Source: an uncultured Ectothiorhodospiraceae bacterium (GTDB lineage Bacteria > Pseudomonadota > Gammaproteobacteria > SZUA-152). Taken from it: a DNA stretch of 64,000 nt. The position numbers and the translations under genes were made by a program. Under the pieces are notes generated by a model that saw only the letters and a program-made list of their open reading frames with translations, was not told the DNA's origin and ran no database searches. Shown here piece by piece: positions 62,127 to 64,000 of this stretch. The first letter of the stretch is position 1. Each line of letters opens with the position of its first letter. Where the stretch lies: positions 4,361 through 68,360 of the forward strand of contig CAYNYJ010000005.1 of NCBI GenBank assembly GCA_964401355.1, read 5' to 3'.

Positions 62127-62708
62127 TCACTCGCGTTCAATAAGCGGCCGGAGTTTATGATCAACCGCTTCTCGCGCCCGAAATATTCGCGAACGCACCG
62201 TGCCAATGGGGCATTCCATCGTTTCCGCAATTTCCTCGTAACTCAAACCTTCAATTTCCCGCAGGATAATCGCCGTACGCAAATCATTCGGAAGTTGTTC
62301 CATTGCCAGAAATATCGTCGATTCAACTTCATCCCTTAACGCCAGCTGCTCCGGCGTTGCATATTCCTTGAGACCCTCGGCACCGTCAAATTGTTCAGCC
62401 TCTTGTGCATCAATATCCACATTCGGCATACGACGTCCACGCGCCACCAGATGATTCTTAGCCGTATTGATCGCGATGCGATACAGCCAGGTGTAAAATG
62501 CACTGTCACCGCGAAACCGGGGCAAGGCCCTATACGCCTTGATGAAGGCCTCTTGGGCCACATCCTGCACTTCACTGTGGTCACGAATATAGCGCGAGAT
62601 CAACTTCATGATCTTGAGCTGATACTTCAGCACCAGAGTATCAAATGCGGTTTTATCACCGCGCTGCACTCTTTCTACCAGCAGCTGGTCTACCTTTTGT
62701 TCACTCAT
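62127..62708 (-). CDS. rpoE: RNA polymerase sigma-E (ECF sigma)
   Basis: LVERVQRGDKTAFDTLVLKYQ. Confidence 0.9.
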   Translation of the reverse strand: MSEQKVDQLLVERVQRGDKTAFDTLVLKYQLKIMKLISRYIRDHSEVQDVAQEAFIKAYRALPRFRGDSAFYTWLYRIAINTAKNHLVARGRRMPNVDIDAQEAEQFDGAEGLKEYATPEQLALRDEVESTIFLAMEQLPNDLRTAIILREIEGLSYEEIAETMECPIGTVRSRIFRAREAVDHKLRPLIERE

Positions 62709-62939
62709 TTTTGCTTAACGATTAGCCCACACTGCGGGCAAGCCCTTTGTTATTTTTCAAGCGAGTGAAGCGTTCCCCAACAAGCTACCCGTGAGTGGAC
62801 AATATCCGCAACAGATAGTTCTGTTAGCCAACCCCAGTTTCTGGCACATTCTGACGCGGTTCACGCCCAACACGCAACACTCAATACACACAACCCCTGA
62901 GATATGGGTTCTGCGCCCGGAATCAAGTAAACTTTGCGC

Positions 62940-64000
62940 ATGAGTGAACATTTCAGTCATGACGTCCTGGTCATCGGTAGCGGCGCGGCCGGTCTAAGCC
63001 TGATTCTACGGCTTGACTCCAGCCTGCGAGTCGCCGTCATCGCCAAAGGGCCCGTGGACGAAGGCAGCAGCAAATATGCCCAGGGAGGCATTTCTGCTGT
63101 GCTTGATCCCGCCGACACCGTCGAATCCCACGTGCAAGACACCCTCACCGCCGGTGCCGGCTTGTGCGACCCCAGTATCGCGCAATTTACTGCAGAGCAC
63201 GGTGCCAAGCAGATTCGCTGGCTCAGCGAACTCGGCACGCGTTTTTCGACAGCCAACCCCGCCACCAGCGACAACGCTGATCTGCATCTCACCCGCGAAG
63301 GGGGCCACAGTCAGCGCCGGGTCGCGCACGCTGCCGATGCCACCGGCCGTGCCATGGTCTGCTCCATGATCGGAGCACTAAAAGACCGCCCCAATGTCGA
63401 ACTGTTCGAACATCACATCGCAGTCGATCTGATCACCGCCAATAAGCTCGGTCACGAGCCGCAACGGGTACTAGGCGCCTACGTACTGAATCGCAACAGC
63501 GAGCACATCGAAGTCTTTCACGCACGCTGTGTGGTGCTCGCCACCGGCGGTGCCAGCAAAGTCTATTTGTACACCACCAATCCGGACGTTTCCACCGGCG
63601 ACGGCATCGCCATGGCCTGGCGCGCCGGTTGCCGGGTCGCCAACATGGAATTCATCCAGTTCCATCCCACTTGCCTCTATCATCCGAAGGCCAAATCTTT
63701 CCTGGTCTCCGAAGCCCTGCGCGGCGAAGGTGCTCATTTATTGTTGCCCGACGGCAGCCGCTTTATGCACAAATTTGACTCCCGCGAAGAACTCGCTCCG
63801 CGAGACATCGTCGCCCGCGCCATGGATCACGAAATGAAACGCCTCGGTGCTGACTGCCTGTACATCGACATCAGTTTCAAAGGTGCCGACTTCATCACCC
63901 GCCACTTCCCCACTATTTATCAGCGCTGCCTTGAGTTCGGCTTCGACATGACCCAGCAACCACTGCCCGTGGTGCCCGCCGCCCACTACACCTGCGGTGG
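62940..64000 (+). CDS. nadB: L-aspartate oxidase (5' part; continues beyond the window)
   Basis: MSEHFSHDVLVIGSGAAGLS FAD-binding fold and the QGGISAV motif. It is absent from the ORF track because no stop falls inside the window. Confidence 0.85.
   Translation, partial: MSEHFSHDVLVIGSGAAGLSLILRLDSSLRVAVIAKGPVDEGSSKYAQGGISAVLDPADTVESHVQDTLTAGAGLCDPSIAQFTAEHGAKQIRWLSELGTRFSTANPATSDNADLHLTREGGHSQRRVAHAADATGRAMVCSMIGALKDRPNVELFEHHIAVDLITANKLGHEPQRVLGAYVLNRNSEHIEVFHARCVVLATGGASKVYLYTTNPDVSTGDGIAMAWRAGCRVANMEFIQFHPTCLYHPKAKSFLVSEALRGEGAHLLLPDGSRFMHKFDSREELAPRDIVARAMDHEMKRLGADCLYIDISFKGADFITRHFPTIYQRCLEFGFDMTQQPLPVVPAAHYTCG

Overview
This 64 kb window is gammaproteobacterial chromosome. The core synteny supports this: metY-rimP-nusA-infB-rbfA-truB-rpsO-pnp, acpS-pdxJ-recO-era-rnc-lepB-lepA and rpoE-rseABC-degP, all on the minus strand. 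Its left end carries the interference half of a type I-E CRISPR-Cas locus on the minus strand: cas3, a 65-aa ORF, cse1, cse2, cas7e, cas5e and cas6e. The adaptation genes (cas1, cas2) and the CRISPR array would lie left of position 1 and cannot be seen.

The main result is in the 377-bp cas3-cse1 intergenic region, which holds a CRISPR-like mini-array on the plus strand.
- psi-repeat 1 (5055-5083) fits the I-E repeat family (TTCCCC...GGGGAT[G/A]AACC) closely.
- A 22-nt psi-spacer follows (5084-5105).
- psi-repeat 2 (5106-5134) keeps the hairpin but has a degenerate 3' end.
- The psi-spacer matches an 11-nt PAM-proximal seed (17 of 22 overall) next to a canonical AAG PAM at 4999-5023. That site sits 50 to 85 bp upstream, on the promoter of a 65-aa ORF with a strong SD, which overlaps the cse1 start.
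- This is the architecture of CreTA (CRISPR-regulated toxin-antitoxin) or CreR (Cas-regulating RNA) modules: a crRNA-like RNA guides Cascade to repress, without cleaving, either a small toxin gene or the cas promoter itself.

The rest of the window is mostly housekeeping, with several repeat classes:
- A MITE-like family with terminal inverted repeats CAGTGCTGTCCCGTTAAC is present in four copies.
- A REP-like palindrome is inserted inside the Cascade operon, between cse2 and cas7.
- A 161-bp element has perfect 19-bp terminal inverted repeats.
- A 13-unit 21-bp tandem array has an alternating 42-bp period and recurring AGGTCA-N8-TGACCT palindromes.
- A functional initiator tRNA-fMet is followed by two decayed tandem copies.

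Other genes include a TonB receptor, a substrate-binding protein and a hybrid histidine kinase in a row; a HopJ-family gene; PBP1B; a PQQ-dependent sugar dehydrogenase; RsmJ; a LysR regulator next to a porin; and a pentapeptide-repeat lipoprotein.
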